A stretch of DNA of 64,000 nucleotides. Source: Chiloscyllium plagiosum. Its lineage: Eukaryota. The notes under the pieces are model-generated. The model was not told the DNA's origin. It made no database searches and saw only the letters and a program-made list of their open reading frames with translations. The stretch lies in the NCBI RefSeq assembly GCF_004010195.1, contig NC_057720.1:31146150-31210149 (forward strand), read 5' to 3'. The position numbers and the translations under genes are program-made. Positions 50,750 to 64,000 of this stretch are shown here, one piece after another (position 1 is the first letter of the stretch; each line of letters begins with the position of its first letter).

Positions 50750-52130
50750 ACATACAAAACCATTGAAATTCCCTGGCATTGTGCTAAGCCTACTGCTGTA
50801 GCAAGGTTAGCGGATGGCTGCTGATTTTCACTGGGTGGCTGCGGATGACCAATAGCAGGATAAACAAACAACACTGGCTTTGCACTGTGTGGGACAGGTG
50901 GCAGCAGCAGTTTGAGCTGTTTGGCTGAGGGGCAACTGCAATTGGTGGAATAGCAGTGGTAGCAGAATGAGTGCATTCATCCTGAGAGAGAGATCAACTC
51001 TGTTGTGCACAATGGAGCCCCTGTCATACCACCAGCATTGGTCACTCACCAATCCTTGTGTAATATGCTGGAACACAGGCTGCTTGGCTGATGTGAAAAC
51101 CAACGAGTCTCTTTGAGCACTGGTACCTGACAGGCAGCAGTTTGAAACTGCATGGCAACTGGTACACAGCACATGTCTGAGATTCCATTACAGCACTGAG
51201 ACACTTTGGCTTCTGGAGTGAAAACTGACACATTGGTCACAAGACACATCATCACAGCGGAGTCTGCAAATGCTGTCGTAGAGTTAGCCATCAGGTCCAC
51301 CTCGAAAGGTTGGACTCCAAGCAGAATGTGAAGCTCTGCACTGCATTTGAACCACCCATGCTCATTTCATTGACAGTGATGTAGGCTGTCCAGTAGGCAT
51401 CTTAATAGGAATGACCATTAGCATCTTCCCATGTGTCTCTCCCCACTAAAGTCCTCACCTGCGTCTCCTGGAGCAGAATCCATCTGCAACCTTGCACACA
51501 GTTATCACACAAATTAGTCTTTCCCAGCCTTTCATGTACTCAATGACGAATGATCACAACGTGACCCTCACCTGTATCAGAGCTGAGGGCTGTCAGATGA
51601 AGTGGCACTACCTCACCGTCACATGTCAGCTGTTCCTCATGGCTTTCTCAGGAGGCTGCAGTTGCTGTCTAACCAGCTGCCATTAGACAGCTGAAAGCAG
51701 AAATACAGAAGGGTAGGGGTTGGGTGAGGGGTTGAGATGGCAGATGGTAACAATCAAACTACACTTCATGCCAGACAGCAGGATGCAGGGTGAGATGGGA
51801 GTTGAGAAGAGACATAAAGCAAAAACAGTCACCCTGCATGTGTTCAGCATTGCTGCATATATTGGTTTCTGTCCCAGCTGGCTGCATGCTACACAGCACC
51901 ATCTCCACGTAGCTTAACCTATGTGGAATCACTAGGAATTGGATATGAAGCAGGTGGCAGTATTGCTTGTGTGAATGTGAGGTGGAGTATCTGAATGATA
52001 GACCTGAGTTCCAATTGCAGAGATTGATGATGGGTGTGTAATAGAGCTGTTCTGTGCATTGGGGAGCTGCAAGAAAGTTTAGTGAACAGTGCATTCACTG
52101 ACCTCACTCACAGCTGTTTCCTGCCCACTA
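50750..52130 (-). mobile_element. Old GC-elevated DNA-transposon-like remnant, possibly related to 22560-24130
   Basis: GC-elevated block with broken ORFs (DLMANSTTAFADSAVMMCLVTNVS); resemblance to shark Harbinger accessory ORFs is from recall only. Confidence 0.3.
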
Positions 52131-52169
52131 GTCACTTCTCTATCTTTACTAACATACTACCTCCAACAC

Positions 52170-53555
52170 ATGAGCTCTTATCTTATGAGTTAATCTTTTG
52201 TGAGGGACCTTGTTGAATGCCTCTGGAAGTCCAAATACAACATATCTGCTGGTTCCCTTCTCTCTACTCTAGTTGAGATTTCCTTGAAAAACACCTGATA
52301 AATTAGTCAAGCATGATTTCCTTTTCTTGAAACCATGCTGACTCTGCTTAATCAGATTATTATTCTGCTATTACCTACTTAAGATCTGATTCCAACAATA
52401 GCTATTAGACTAATCAGCCCATAAGTGCCCGCTATTTGCCTCTCCCTCTTTTTGAATAGGATGTCACGTTGGCAGTTTCACAAGGCCTCCAACACTTCTC
52501 CACAATCCAAGGATTTTTTGGAAACTTACAGGCAAAGCATTCATTATCCATGTAGCTACGTCTTTTAGGATCTTATGATACAAACCATAGGACAAGGAGT
52601 CCTATCTGCCTTTAGCCCAATTAGTTTGTCAATACTACTTCTCAATGATGGTGATGGTATTTAGTCCCTCAGTGTGATGCTGGAAAAGCACAGCAGGTCA
52701 GGAAGTATCCGAAGAGCAGGAGAACTGACATTTTGAGTATAAGCTCTTGATTCCCAATGAAGGGTTTATGCCTGAAATGTCAATTCTCCTGCTCCTCAGA
52801 TGCTACCTGACCCGCTGTGCTTTTCCAGACAGCACCATACTCTTGACTCTGATGTTCAGCATCTGCAATCTTCACTTTCTCCTACTTAGTTTCTCCCCTA
52901 TATCTTTTAGAATTAATGGGATGTTTGAAGTATCTTCCACCATAATGAATGATTCAAGTTTAACTCATCTGCCATTCTTTTGTTTCCTGAAACCATCTCC
53001 CCAGTTTCATTTTCTAAGTGGCCTATATTCACTTTGCCTTCTCTCTTCCTTTATACATAATGTAAAGAAGCTCTTATTGTAGTTCTTTATATTCCTCTCT
53101 AGTTTCACCTTGTACTTTATTTTCTCTGACTTTATATCTTCTAGTCCTTCTTTGCTGGATTTTGAATTGTTCCAGTCTTCAGGGCTATCATTATTTTTGG
53201 CTCCTTAAATCCTTTGTCTTTCAATTTAATATTCTCTCTAACTTCTTTAGTTAGCCATAGTTGGGTCATGGTTTATACCATGCTTAGAATTTTTCTTCCT
53301 TGCTGGAATGTATTTTTGCTGAGAGCCATTGATTACCTCTTTAAATGTCTGCCACAGCTTGCTTACTGTCAGTCCTGCTCATCTATCTGTCCAGTTCACT
53401 GCAGCCAACTTTAACCTCATTTCATTGTAATTCCCTTTATTAAGTTAGACACAGTTGTTTCTGACCCAAGTTTCTCACTCTCAAACTTAAATTAAACTTT
53501 ATCATGTTATGATCACTATTTCCTATATACTTTGAGGTTATTAAAACCTACCTCA
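52170..53555 (-). mobile_element. CR1 ORF2 fragment (endonuclease-RT linker and RT), split by a Penelope insert
   Basis: gggaccttgttgaatgcctctggaagtccaaatacaacatat (antisense D.LYLDFQ.AFNKVP); aaattagtcaagcatgatttccct..aaaccatgctgact (SQHGF..GKSCLTNL). Confidence 0.85.
52671..52882. mobile_element. Older fold-back Penelope-like insertion
   Basis: Inverted arms gctggaaaagcacagcaggtcagg / cctgacccgctgtgcttttccag; eroded TSD tatttagtccctc / tacttagtttctc. Confidence 0.85.
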
Positions 53556-54339
53556 TTGAACTCCTTGCAGCACTGGTGCCATGTCCTAGGGTCAGACTCT
53601 AGTTACTGATGCTCCTGGTCACCTTTCCACCCACATTTCCTTTTCAAGATTGCCTTGTTAGCCTCCTTGCTGTATGTAGAAACATCCCTTGCCCTCTCAC
53701 CGACTGTACTAATGCTTCCTGAAATCCTGAGAACCCTCCCTGTTTCTTATTGCTCTATTTCTTTTACTTTTGCTTTTTACCAATTTCAGAGACATTCTGT
53801 ATCAATTTTGGCTCAATGATGCTACATTATTTTCTTTGATATTAACATACTAATAATAACCAAGGATTGGTGAAACAAATAATGTGGGTTCTTATTTGAA
53901 GATGAGACTGTATACAGATAATATTCACTATGAGCTGAGTATGGTACATCTAATTTCTATCACCACTATTCATGGAGTTAATAATGGGACTAATACCATA
54001 TTCTGCTGAACCAGCTGATGATAGACTATATTTTAAGGTATTTCCTCTTAAAGACATTATGTACATTAAATTAAAGCATCATGCTGACTTCAAAACCAAA
54101 TGATTGCCCTTAAAATAAATCCAGCTACTTAGAAAAAAAGGAAAAATAACTTGTGCCTGAATTAACTTTAACACAGGAGCAATAAATGTACAATCCTCCA
54201 AAATGCATTGGTAGTTTGCTTCTCCATCCAGCTTTGGTTACGATGAACTTTGTCAGAGATTCTATACATTTTCAGAATGTTAGTTATGGTTGCTTTGTTT
54301 ATGTTGCCTTCATCACAATAAGGTTATTTAAAGTTTCTC

Positions 54340-54760
54340 TTTGTGGTATTGTTCTGATTTTGCATCTGTTTCATCACAATATCATGATACTTGGTATTTA
54401 CACTTGAAGTAAGCTTGGCTCTGGGAATATCCCAAGGATTTCTGAGAAATTCCAGATGTTGTACTCAAAATTTCTTACCTGCTGGTCTTGGGCAGCTTTC
54501 ATTTTTCCCTGTTGTCCACGGAGTACATCATGCTCTCCCAGGAGTATCAATGACTGATGATGGGGAGTTTTGCCCACACTTGACTGCCACTGTTTTTCAT
54601 GGTCGTAAAATGTCTTAATACACACTTGCATGTCAATATATCTGCAAGCAAGGAACTCATCAAACCCACAATGAAACTTGAGTAACCAGGGTGAGATAAT
54701 AGAATAAAATTCTGTGTAATGGATCCCAGGTTTGGAATCTAAACTCATGGCACACATTGG
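54340..54760 (-). mobile_element. Possible Gypsy-type pol (integrase C-terminal) remnant
   Basis: Minus strand ..ILGIFPEPSLLQV*IPSIMIL**NRCKIR resembles PEPRSY.V.T..G..LRRNR..LR; upstream ISPWLLKFHCGFDE resembles SSPHYPQSNG..E. Confidence 0.35.
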
Positions 54761-56677
54761 GTTCGATGTTGGTTTGTTGTGTCATCGTCATCATCATTAG
54801 ATGACCCTTGATCTTTGGGTATATAATCTGATGGTGTCAAGGGCTCATGTTCTTTACTGTTCACCATATTGCTCATTTGTGTGTAAATGATCCAGTTACC
54901 TTCATCATCTTTTATAGCCTGGCTAGAAAATTTGTGGATATTGTCTTGATGCCATTTGGTATGCACTGTTGATGGTTTAGAATGATACAGACTCTTTTTA
55001 CAGAATGAGTATTGATATATGTTTCACTTTCACACCAGCTCCTTTCTTCTTGCTCCATGTGAAAGAATGAGGGTTAAATATTCTGCTCAGTCACATCTTC
55101 AAAATCCATGCTCCCACGAAACACCACCATGTAGATATCTACTTTAAAAACACTTAGAAATCTTCAAACAGCATAGCTGCTTACAAGTTACATTTATCTC
55201 TTTGATGTAAATATCCAGATCATATGAAATGACATATGAAAAGATAGTGGGGGTTCTTTATTTAGTATTTTATTAGTAGCCTTCTGATTAACAGAGTGGA
55301 CTGGATCAGAGTCCGTAAACTGACCCCAGTGAAATACTATATACCCTTGGACATTGAAGTCTGTTTTGCTTGCAAAGCTCAATGTGCCTAATGCATTCTA
55401 TTGCTTGTAAGGTCTTCTTTAGACTGCAACCATTCTGATATGGCTTCATCTAGTATTTTCACTATTATCCAGTACTGCATGAGTTTTTTTTAAAAGTTGC
55501 ATACCAGCAAATATTCACAAATAATATAAATTGTTTGTAAAATGACTTTCCCTAGCTCTTGACCGTGCTGATTACATTTTGCTTAATCTGGGATGGGGGT
55601 TTCGTTAAACTGAAATAGAATTAAAAACCTTTAATTACTCCATTGTATATTCCAGTTTCTTCTATTATGCCTTGTCTGGCAGCATTGGTGCTGGTACTGG
55701 TGTTGATCATGAATAATAGTACACTAACCAGGTCTTAAATCACTTTTTATCAAGACCTGAAGTAGTATGGCATCTGCTAAACCTATTGGTGCTAATTTAC
55801 CCAACACACAGCCTGATCTGGGCCCTCTAAAGGATCAAACAAAGGCATGGCAGTTTCCATCATCACTGTATTTGCTATCTAAGCTAGGGTCACCAAAATG
55901 CTTACTTTCATTTTTAACATTGCGTGGGTTACCTCCTCTCCAGTTATCCCTTTCTAAAGAAAATCTGATCTACTAGAGATTATTACTCACTGTGGCGTAT
56001 CGGCTTTTTTTTTGGTCACATTGTGGGCTTTCCCTCTCTGCAGTTTGGTGACTGGGTGGGTCTTGAAGCCTGTCACTTATTGCTTACTGTCACTGCTGAG
56101 TTCCACAGAAACACAGATGCTTTACAGTGCGGAAAGAAGTTATTCAGCCCATTGTGCCTGCATCAGCTCTGCAAACAAATCAAAGCCCCTTCAGACTTCC
56201 TCACCACTGGGGTCAGATTATTGGGCTGGCGTTATCTTTGTCTACAACACCATGTTATCTCTAGGTTTCATGTCAAGTGCCCCTTACCTTGCATTCCAGG
56301 GATCAGGTCACCACCACTACCATGCGGTAAGATCAGATCCATACTCCTGTAAGTGAACATTAATAGACTTGATTTAGCATTGTTATGTACAATGGATAGT
56401 AAGACATCTTCTGGAACTCTACAGACTCAGACTCTAATTTCATCTGATTCAAAGTCACAATGACATAGCACCTTATACTATTCTTAGAGGTATAGTTAAT
56501 CCTTTAATCCACTGACAAGCTGAATCTTACCCCCACATATCTGTGCTGTAGTACCCAAAACTGGATACAATTCTCCAGACAAAGGTCTGACCAGTTTGTT
56601 TGAACTGCATTCCATGAGCCTAACAGGCCAGTCTCCTTCAGTGAGTGATCGCTTCAATTTTTGGGTGACAAAAAACA

Positions 56678-57150
56678 GAGATGGACAGCACGGAAACAGA
56701 CCCTTCAGTCCAACTCATCCATGTCGACTAGGTATCCCAACCCAATCTAGTCCCATCTGCCAGCACCCGGCTCATATCCCTCTAAACTCTTCCTATTCAT
56801 ATACCCACCCAGATGCCTTTTAAATGTTGCAATTGTACCAGCCTCCACCACTTCCTCTGGCAGCCCATTCCACACATGCAGCACCATCTATGTGAAAACG
56901 TTTCCCCTCTCACCCTAAACCTATACCTTCTAGTTCTGGACTCCCCCACCCCAGAGAAAAGACCTTGTCCATTTATCCTATCCATGTCCCTCATGATTTT
57001 ATAAAGCTCTATGAGGTCACCCCTCAGCTTCCAACGTTCCAGGGAAAACAGCCCCAGCCTATTCAGCCTCTCCCTGTAGCTCAAATCCCCCAACCCTGGC
57101 AACATCCTTGTCAATCCTTTCTGAATCCTTTTCAAGTTTCACAACATCCT
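56678..57150 (-). mobile_element. CR1 LINE 3' end (relatively young)
   Basis: ORF 56797-57135 RIQKGLTRMLPGLGDLSYRERLNRLGLFSLERWKLRGDLIELYKIMR. Confidence 0.95.
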
Positions 57151-58924
57151 TCTGTCATTTTGTTCTCATTTTTAATCAAGCAATCAGGTCTGGCATATTA
57201 TTAACTCCTCCACTGGTAAATTATATGTCAAAATTTCTGCCCTGCCACACATTCATTTTTTTTAAATATGTCTTATCATTACAAATTCAAGGGCACAGTA
57301 AAAAACTATGGAAAGAATTGACTGCATATCTCATATGGAAAGCATCTCAAACCTGCACAGGTATCAAAAAGGATCCATTAGATCCCCACAAATCCAGTGC
57401 TTTCTATGTTATCTGATCCAGCTACATGGCCCAGGGGAAAATCATTCTTAAGTTATTGACAATTGAATATTACAAAGTCCTTGGTGCTGTGGTACAAAAG
57501 TGGAAACAAAAAGGGGTGTATGAATCTTTTAGTGGCATTCTACAAACCATTCTAACACTGCTGGAGAAAAATCAAATATCAAATTGAACCAAATTAATAA
57601 ACTCAATGCATATCAGCTTTTACTTAAATTTTTTAGCCCCCATTCCTCACCTGCCTCATGCAGCTTTCTGTCATGCTGTTTTCTTTCAGACTGTTGATGC
57701 TTTGCTAAGATTTTAAAGCGATGATGGCAGTGACTCTGGGAGGCCGTCTGAGCTGCCGAGACTAACTCTGTTCTCAAATTGTTGCCAGGTTTTTCCATCC
57801 AAAGTTTTCTTTTTCTTAGATCTTAAAGAAGGTTTGACGAAAGCCATTCCCTAAAGACTCTAAACTCAAACAGTGGACAAAGCAGACTCCACGGCATTTC
57901 AAGTGTGGTGTTCTCACATAGTATGACCACTAGATGCCACTGCCTTGAGAAATAAAGAATGAACAGAAGCCACCATTGTCTATTTTGACAAGAGTTCTCC
58001 TCTTTCCTCCCCATGCCCCGATGTCTATAGTTGTTAACTTTGTTTGAAGTAGACAGCCAGAGCTTTAATTTACTCAGCTGTGCACACACTGCAAATGACA
58101 GCCTTTCCAATGGTAACTGCAACCTCTCTCTGCATTGAATTAATAGTTAACAAAAGTATATTTGGCAGATTAATGGTGATAGAATTTAAACATTAATGAC
58201 TCTACTGTCAACAATACTGATTTAAAACAAATCCCATCCCTTTTCCGTGTACTTTAGAAGAGATTTACTATGAAGGAGATCAGCAGAATGACAGAGGAAC
58301 AAACCCATATCCAAGCAAAGTCCTGCTGTAACATGCCTCCCTTAATCCTCACATCCTTTCCCCAATATTAATCGCAAACACTGAAGGTTCATGTTGGGTA
58401 TGAAATAAATGAACATGAGAACAGGCTGCTGACTGATCATTAGATATGAAAACAGGTTATAAGCAAGGTGTGATCCATTCAGTAGAAGGATCCACTTAAC
58501 TGGTGAGCTCTGATGTAGATGACAGCAACAATAATGGAGTGAGGCATGAGAGGAGTGGAGACAGAGAGGAAAGTAGAAAGTATTGACTTTGCTGCAAATG
58601 AATTGATTCCCATGAAAGCAGATTCCTATAAAGCAGGCCGCTCCTGTGCTTACTGAAGTAGAAATTAGCTCCTCTTGCTTTCAATATTCACAAAGCCTTC
58701 TTTAGTTGTCAGTGCCAGCACATGGCAGAAAGAACGGTGCTTATTATTTACACAAAGCATATGTTATTTTCAGATCCTGCATGATGAAAGAATAAAATGT
58801 AAATTAGAGGAAAAGCGTGGAGACTGAATTTCCATAAGCCATAATCAGCAGCATCCCCAGAATTCTCGAGGTGACAATCATAAAGTGAGTACTGTATGTT
58901 TTTCATTTATATGACGTGCGACTA

Positions 58925-59235
58925 TATGGGGCAGTCCAGAGTCAGGGATCACAGTTTAAGGATATGGGGTAAAACGTTTAGGACTGAGATGAGGAGAAAT
59001 TTCTTCACCCAGAGAGTGGTGGCTGTGCCTGTGGAATTTGTTACCATTGAAACCAGTCAAGGCCAAAACACTGATGATTTCAAATAGAGTTAGGATATAG
59101 CATATAGGGCTAAATGGATCAAAGGATATGGTGGGAAAACAGGAAGAGACTGTTAAATTGGATAATCAACCATAATGAACAGCTCAAAGGGACTGAATGG
59201 CCTATTCTTCCTCCTATTTTCTATGTTCTTATGCT
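58925..59235 (+). mobile_element. CR1 LINE 3' end
   Basis: tttaggactgagatgaggagaaatttcttcacccagagagtggt..gaatggcctattcttcctcctattttctatgttcttatg. Confidence 0.85.
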
Positions 59236-59239
59236 TTTC

Positions 59240-59530
59240 TAACAAGCTTACTTCATCAGGTCCTTCCAAACCAGTGATCTCCAGCACCCAGCAGGACAGG
59301 GCAGCAGTCAACTGGAAGGGATACCAGCACCTTCAAGTCCCCCTCCAAGTCACGCTGAGTTTCCTTGTTGTTGAGTCAAAAGCCTAGAGCTCCCTTTTTA
59401 AGATCAATGTGAGTGTACCAACACCAGGTGGGTTGCAGTGGTTCAGGAAAGCAGCTCATCAGTCCCTTCACTGGGGCTAGGATGGACAATAAATGTTAGC
59501 CTGGCCAGTCACTCTTGGAAGATTATTTTT
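59240..59530 (+). mobile_element. Family-B LINE 3' end
   Basis: ccttccaaacc..caagtccccctccaagtcac..ggatggacaataaatgttagcctggccagt. Confidence 0.75.
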
Positions 59531-60719
59531 ATTAAAGCTCACCGTATAATTAATGTTCTCATCATGAATATAAATAGATTACATTTACTTATAGGTGGAG
59601 ACTCCGCCTGGATTAATGGGATGAAATACTTTTTTTTGCCTCAGCCCTGTTTTAATTGATAAAAAGTCTGAAATCAAAATAAATCCATAATCTGACACTA
59701 CAATGACAATCTTATACAGCTTAATTCTACGCTGTACAGCAAAGGAACGCAGGGGGCATTGTCATGATGTTAAAGTTTGCTATCCCTAAACTTGGGGCAT
59801 TTGACTTTGACATAGTGCCAGTAGATTCCATTCTTCTGCGATATCACCTTGAGTACAAAACTCAATAGCAACCGACAAAAATATATTTGTTTTATGCTGG
59901 CTCAAAGTAACAAAGACAAATAGTGAGGAAGCCATTTTGGAAGCTAAGAAGTGAGTACAATATAGCAAAAAGGACAGAAACACACTCCCTGGAATTTGTA
60001 CGGTGGATTAATTGTTTGTTAGATTAAAATGCTTTTCTCAGTTGCTTTAGTAGCAAATTTTAATCTATTTCAGATAACAGAGATAACTTCAAGTGAATCT
60101 GTTAAGCATTCATATGTAGCTGCCCTACAGGGTATTTCTGTGCTATTACACACTGAAGAAATGTTGAGAAACAGTGAAGATCACTGGTTGTGAGGAACAC
60201 TTTGCCACTTCCATATCAGTCATGGCAAAAAAAGTCAACTTAACATTTTTGTTTTGTTTTACTTTTTCTCTGCTGAGTTTCCATCAAGTTTGTTTCACAA
60301 CTCACATGCTGATATGTTCCGCTATGGAAAGTTCTGGAGGCCATCTGAGGATAGAGCCAGTGGAAATTGTTTCTGACAGCTGATGTTTCTAACAATTTTG
60401 CCAAGAACATTCACGAGCCATTGGCTTAAGTAGGAATACCATAAATGAATAGAAGATGCTGCAATGTTGGATACTTTACCAGCTACAGGATCACAGTTTT
60501 CATATGTTTATAGCCTACAGCTGGAATATAAAATATGAAGGAGCATCATACGCTATGGCTAAGAATTAAAGAAATTCCCATCCATTGGTGATACTGCATC
60601 TGGATAGAACCTCTTCTTGACCTTGCCTTTATTCTGATTGATTTTTCTCAGCCATTAGGTTAACAGGGCTGTCTGCCAGTGTGATCTTTGCTACAGAACG
60701 ACAACCTGCTGCTGCAGGA

Positions 60720-61055
60720 CTGGAGACCCAGGTTCAAATCCCACCATGGCAGATGGTGGAATTTGAATTCAATAAAAATGGAGAATCTGGAATTAAGAAA
60801 CTTCTGATAATTATGAAACAGTTGCCAATTGTTGGCAAAAACCTGTCTGGCTCACGAATGACCTTCAGGGAAGGGACTTTATTGTCTTTACTTGGTTTGG
60901 CCTACATGTGATTCCAGACCCACAGCAGTATGGTTGTCTCTTATCCACCATCTGAAATGGCCTAGTAAGCCACTCAGTTCAAGGACAGCTAGAGATGGGC
61001 AATAAAACATCTGACCAGTTAATGATACCCATGTTCACAAGTGAATTTAAATAAA
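60720..61055 (+). mobile_element. tRNA-derived SINE with family-B LINE tail
   Basis: B box ggttcaaatcccacc, body ggcagatggtggaatttgaattcaataaaa..ggcctacatgtgattccagacccacagca, tail gatgggcaataaa. Confidence 0.85.
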
Positions 61056-61957
61056 AAATGGTCATGCAAAGGCACTGCTCCAGTACATAGAACGAAGGTG
61101 GAGCTGCTGGGAGGGGTGATGAGCTAACCCAAAGATCACGTAAGAATAATGTTCGCCAAAGAATTAATAAGGCCACTTGTTAAGATCTCAGCCTCTCCAA
61201 GATGGTAAATTATACTGCGACCTGTTTCTTCATTTCATGGGATTAATCAGATCAGTGGTAAAAGACAAAGATGTAGGGAAATGTACGAGGTCACATCATC
61301 TACCAGCCCACCAGCTCTGTTAGGCAGTATGCAGCAAAGGAGCAGCCGACTGGGAGAAGGGAAGTGAATTAAGATTGTGATGATAACAGGACAAAAACCA
61401 TAATTTCTCATTTTTTGCAACAATAAGGATTTGATTTTGTTTAAAATGGCAGGTGAATTCAGGGCAATTTACATTGTGTTACACATTGTGAAACATGCAG
61501 ATTGAATTCCAGTCAAGGACTGACAACCTTGAAAATACTGTTATAATCATATCTGGAGATAAGTATTTGCCTGCTTTTCATAATCATCTTGATATCTCTA
61601 AGATATATAACGTTGTTCTGCATTATCCACAAGTTAGCATCATCGATGGGGTTTTCTTGATTATCAGTTGTAATAAGATAAAAGATCAGTAAAAACCCCA
61701 AAGAACATAAACAACATTTATTTCATTCCCTTAATCTTTTACTTTAATCTTTAAAGTCACTGAAGATGATTGGGGAAAACCATGTGCATCATATGTATCA
61801 TAGATACTGCCATGGCCATTTTCTGTCTTTGGTTTTACAATCTGATTAGCCAATGGAAGACCATGCAGATTTTGAATAAGATCATTCATACAAATGCAAA
61901 ACATTTTATTAGGTGGATACATAGCTCAGCATTAGTATGTGATAATGTCAAGATTAC

Positions 61958-62043
61958 AGTGGTGCTGGAAAAGCACAGCTGGTCAAGCAGCATCCTAGGA
62001 GCAGGAAAATCGACGTTTCGGGCAAAAACCCTTCATGAGGGAT
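61958..62043 (-). mobile_element. Penelope-like terminal-repeat fragment
   Basis: gtggtgctggaaaagcacagc..aaatcgacgtttcgggcaaaaacccttcatgagg; the core reads CUCAUGA (mutated). Confidence 0.85.
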
Positions 62044-63114
62044 CAGAAATGTAATAGTGTGTAATGCACCCAGAAGAGTTGTACCCCATTTACAGAAAGT
62101 GTTTTCTAGCAAGGAAAAAAGCGACAATTGCATCCTTTTGTCCTATCTATCAATGTAAAGTCCAGTGGTTCAGAAATTTTCAGTGTATATTTGCACTGTT
62201 AGTAGAAATCCAATGCATTAAACTTCAATGCTTGAATGTCGAGGGGAAAAGGACCCAGGAAAGTCAGTTTATACATATTTTACCAGCAGCTTGTCAGGGA
62301 TTGCAGCGAGGAACTTTGTGATTGTATTACCCAGATTGCTTTCCTGTTGTATCTGGACACTACAACCTGATAATGGTACAAGTGACAATGAAGCTGTCGG
62401 ATTGCCACCAAAGCACAGCTCATTCTTATCCATCAGTGAAAGAAATGCATCACTATGACTTGATCTGGTCCATATTTGACTCCTGTGACAAACCAACGTG
62501 GTCGACTCTGAACTGTTCAATAACGTGGTCTGGTCTTTCTGAAGGAAGTTGCTTTCTGAAGCAATAAAAGATGAGATTTCAGCCATATTATCTTACACAA
62601 ATTAATTAATGTAAACAAAAAGATCCTCCTACATTCCAAATGATTCCTTTTTTTAATGCCTTGAGCTGCCAATGTTATTACAGTCTTGACACTATATTTA
62701 TTTTCCAAACTGCCCTATGTTACCTAAAAAGCACACATAATTACAGCCTTCTTGTGATCTTTGGTGCCACATTTATATGACATACAACTCAATCCTTTTC
62801 CATAACATCAAGAAAAGTTAATACTTTGAGAAGGCAAAACCTTGCAGTGTAAGAGATAACAGAATGCAGTGGAATACAGAGCTTTGCCAGCTGTGGCAAA
62901 CTGACATAGCGGTAACAACAGAGGTTTCACAGCTGCCGTTCTGGGAAGTGACTAACCCTGAAAACTCCTGTTTCCAAGTAAGCAATGTCTGATCAAAGAC
63001 TGATACAGTTTCTCAATAGTCTTTTTTGGTTACATTCTATCTATTCTTTCACAAACATGGATGCATACACTTATTTCACCCATTACTGAACCTTGGCCTT
63101 GTGAGATAATAATA

Positions 63115-63510
63115 TGGTTTTTATTCACTAATGAGATATGAACATCGCTACTGGGCCAAAAATGTATTGTCCATTCATAATTGTCCTGAAGAAGAAGATG
63201 GTATCGAACCATCTCTCTGAACTACTGCAATTCTTGGGAAGGGGTGGGGAGGGGAGGACTGGCAGTGCTGCTGCTGCCGATAGTAGGTATACCCTCGTGC
63301 TGATTGGAAGGATTTTGAATGAGCAATAGTGAAGGTACAGCAATATAATTCTAAGCTGGGATGGTGTATGGCTTAGAAGGGTAAGGTTGAATGAGTCAAT
63401 GTTGAAGGTGGTAGGTAGGGCTCTAATCAAGAAATTTGCTTTGTTCTGGAGAGTGTTAAACTTTTGACTGTTGGAACTGAACCCATCCAGGAAAATGGAG
63501 AATATCCCAG
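63115..63510 (-). mobile_element. Family-B LINE 3' end
   Basis: tttattcactaatgagatatgaacatcgctactgggcc..attgtccattcataattgtcctgaagaagaagatggt. Confidence 0.7.
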
Positions 63511-64000
63511 GAAAGATATATGCGCAATCAGTTGCCCAGAGAAAGAGAGAGAGAGAGATTTATGGAATAAATGTGCAAGTCCAATGATTCAGATAGCTGC
63601 TATGAAAACTCGTTAAACCTGTCATATTCATGTACAGACTTCTCACTAACAGACAACTTGGCATTCTGAAGCCCTAAGGCCCCATGAGGAGAGTATCATT
63701 AAAACGTTCATGTGCTTCTTAATGTAAAACTGCCTGAAGACTAGCATGATTAAATCTGTCGAAATCCAAATTAGGACATTCCACTTCAGTAACATCAAAA
63801 GAGGAATGTGAGGAGATTTGAGGAGAAATGTACAATAGCTTACAATTGAGCACATAACCAAGACTGACAGCAATGGACCGTCAATAGGTTTCTTTCTTTT
63901 TACCTCTTCACATACATCTCTGAGAAGTGATACTCTATTTATCGATACTTTATACAGAAATAAAATATACAAAATAATGATGTAAAGATGAGATTGTTTT

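Noticed and set aside
1..64000. CRISPR arrays, operons or other prokaryotic systems
   Set aside because: No regularly spaced repeats or long ORFs; the sequence is vertebrate non-coding DNA.

Overview
AT-rich, repeat-dense vertebrate non-coding DNA (large intron or gene desert). The repeat set (HE1/V-SINE-like SINE, CR1 LINEs, Penelope-type terminal repeats) points to a shark or other cartilaginous fish; this is an inference from recalled repeat families, not a search. No intact protein-coding gene is recognisable, and the informative ORFs are decayed CR1, RTE, Gypsy and Harbinger-Myb remnants. The most notable signal is a set of short Penelope-like insertions carrying minimal hammerhead-ribozyme cores (CUGANGA-A-stem II-GAAA-CGUC). 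Several are inserted as fold-back palindromes with one core per strand, and three have exact 15-bp target-site duplications. A second, older hammerhead family has the same inverted architecture. Also present: two locally templated duplications that interrupt older repeats, a candidate TATA promoter with a first exon encoding an MGCCS N-terminus, and several repeat-free blocks resembling conserved non-coding elements. Boundaries of old repeats are approximate.
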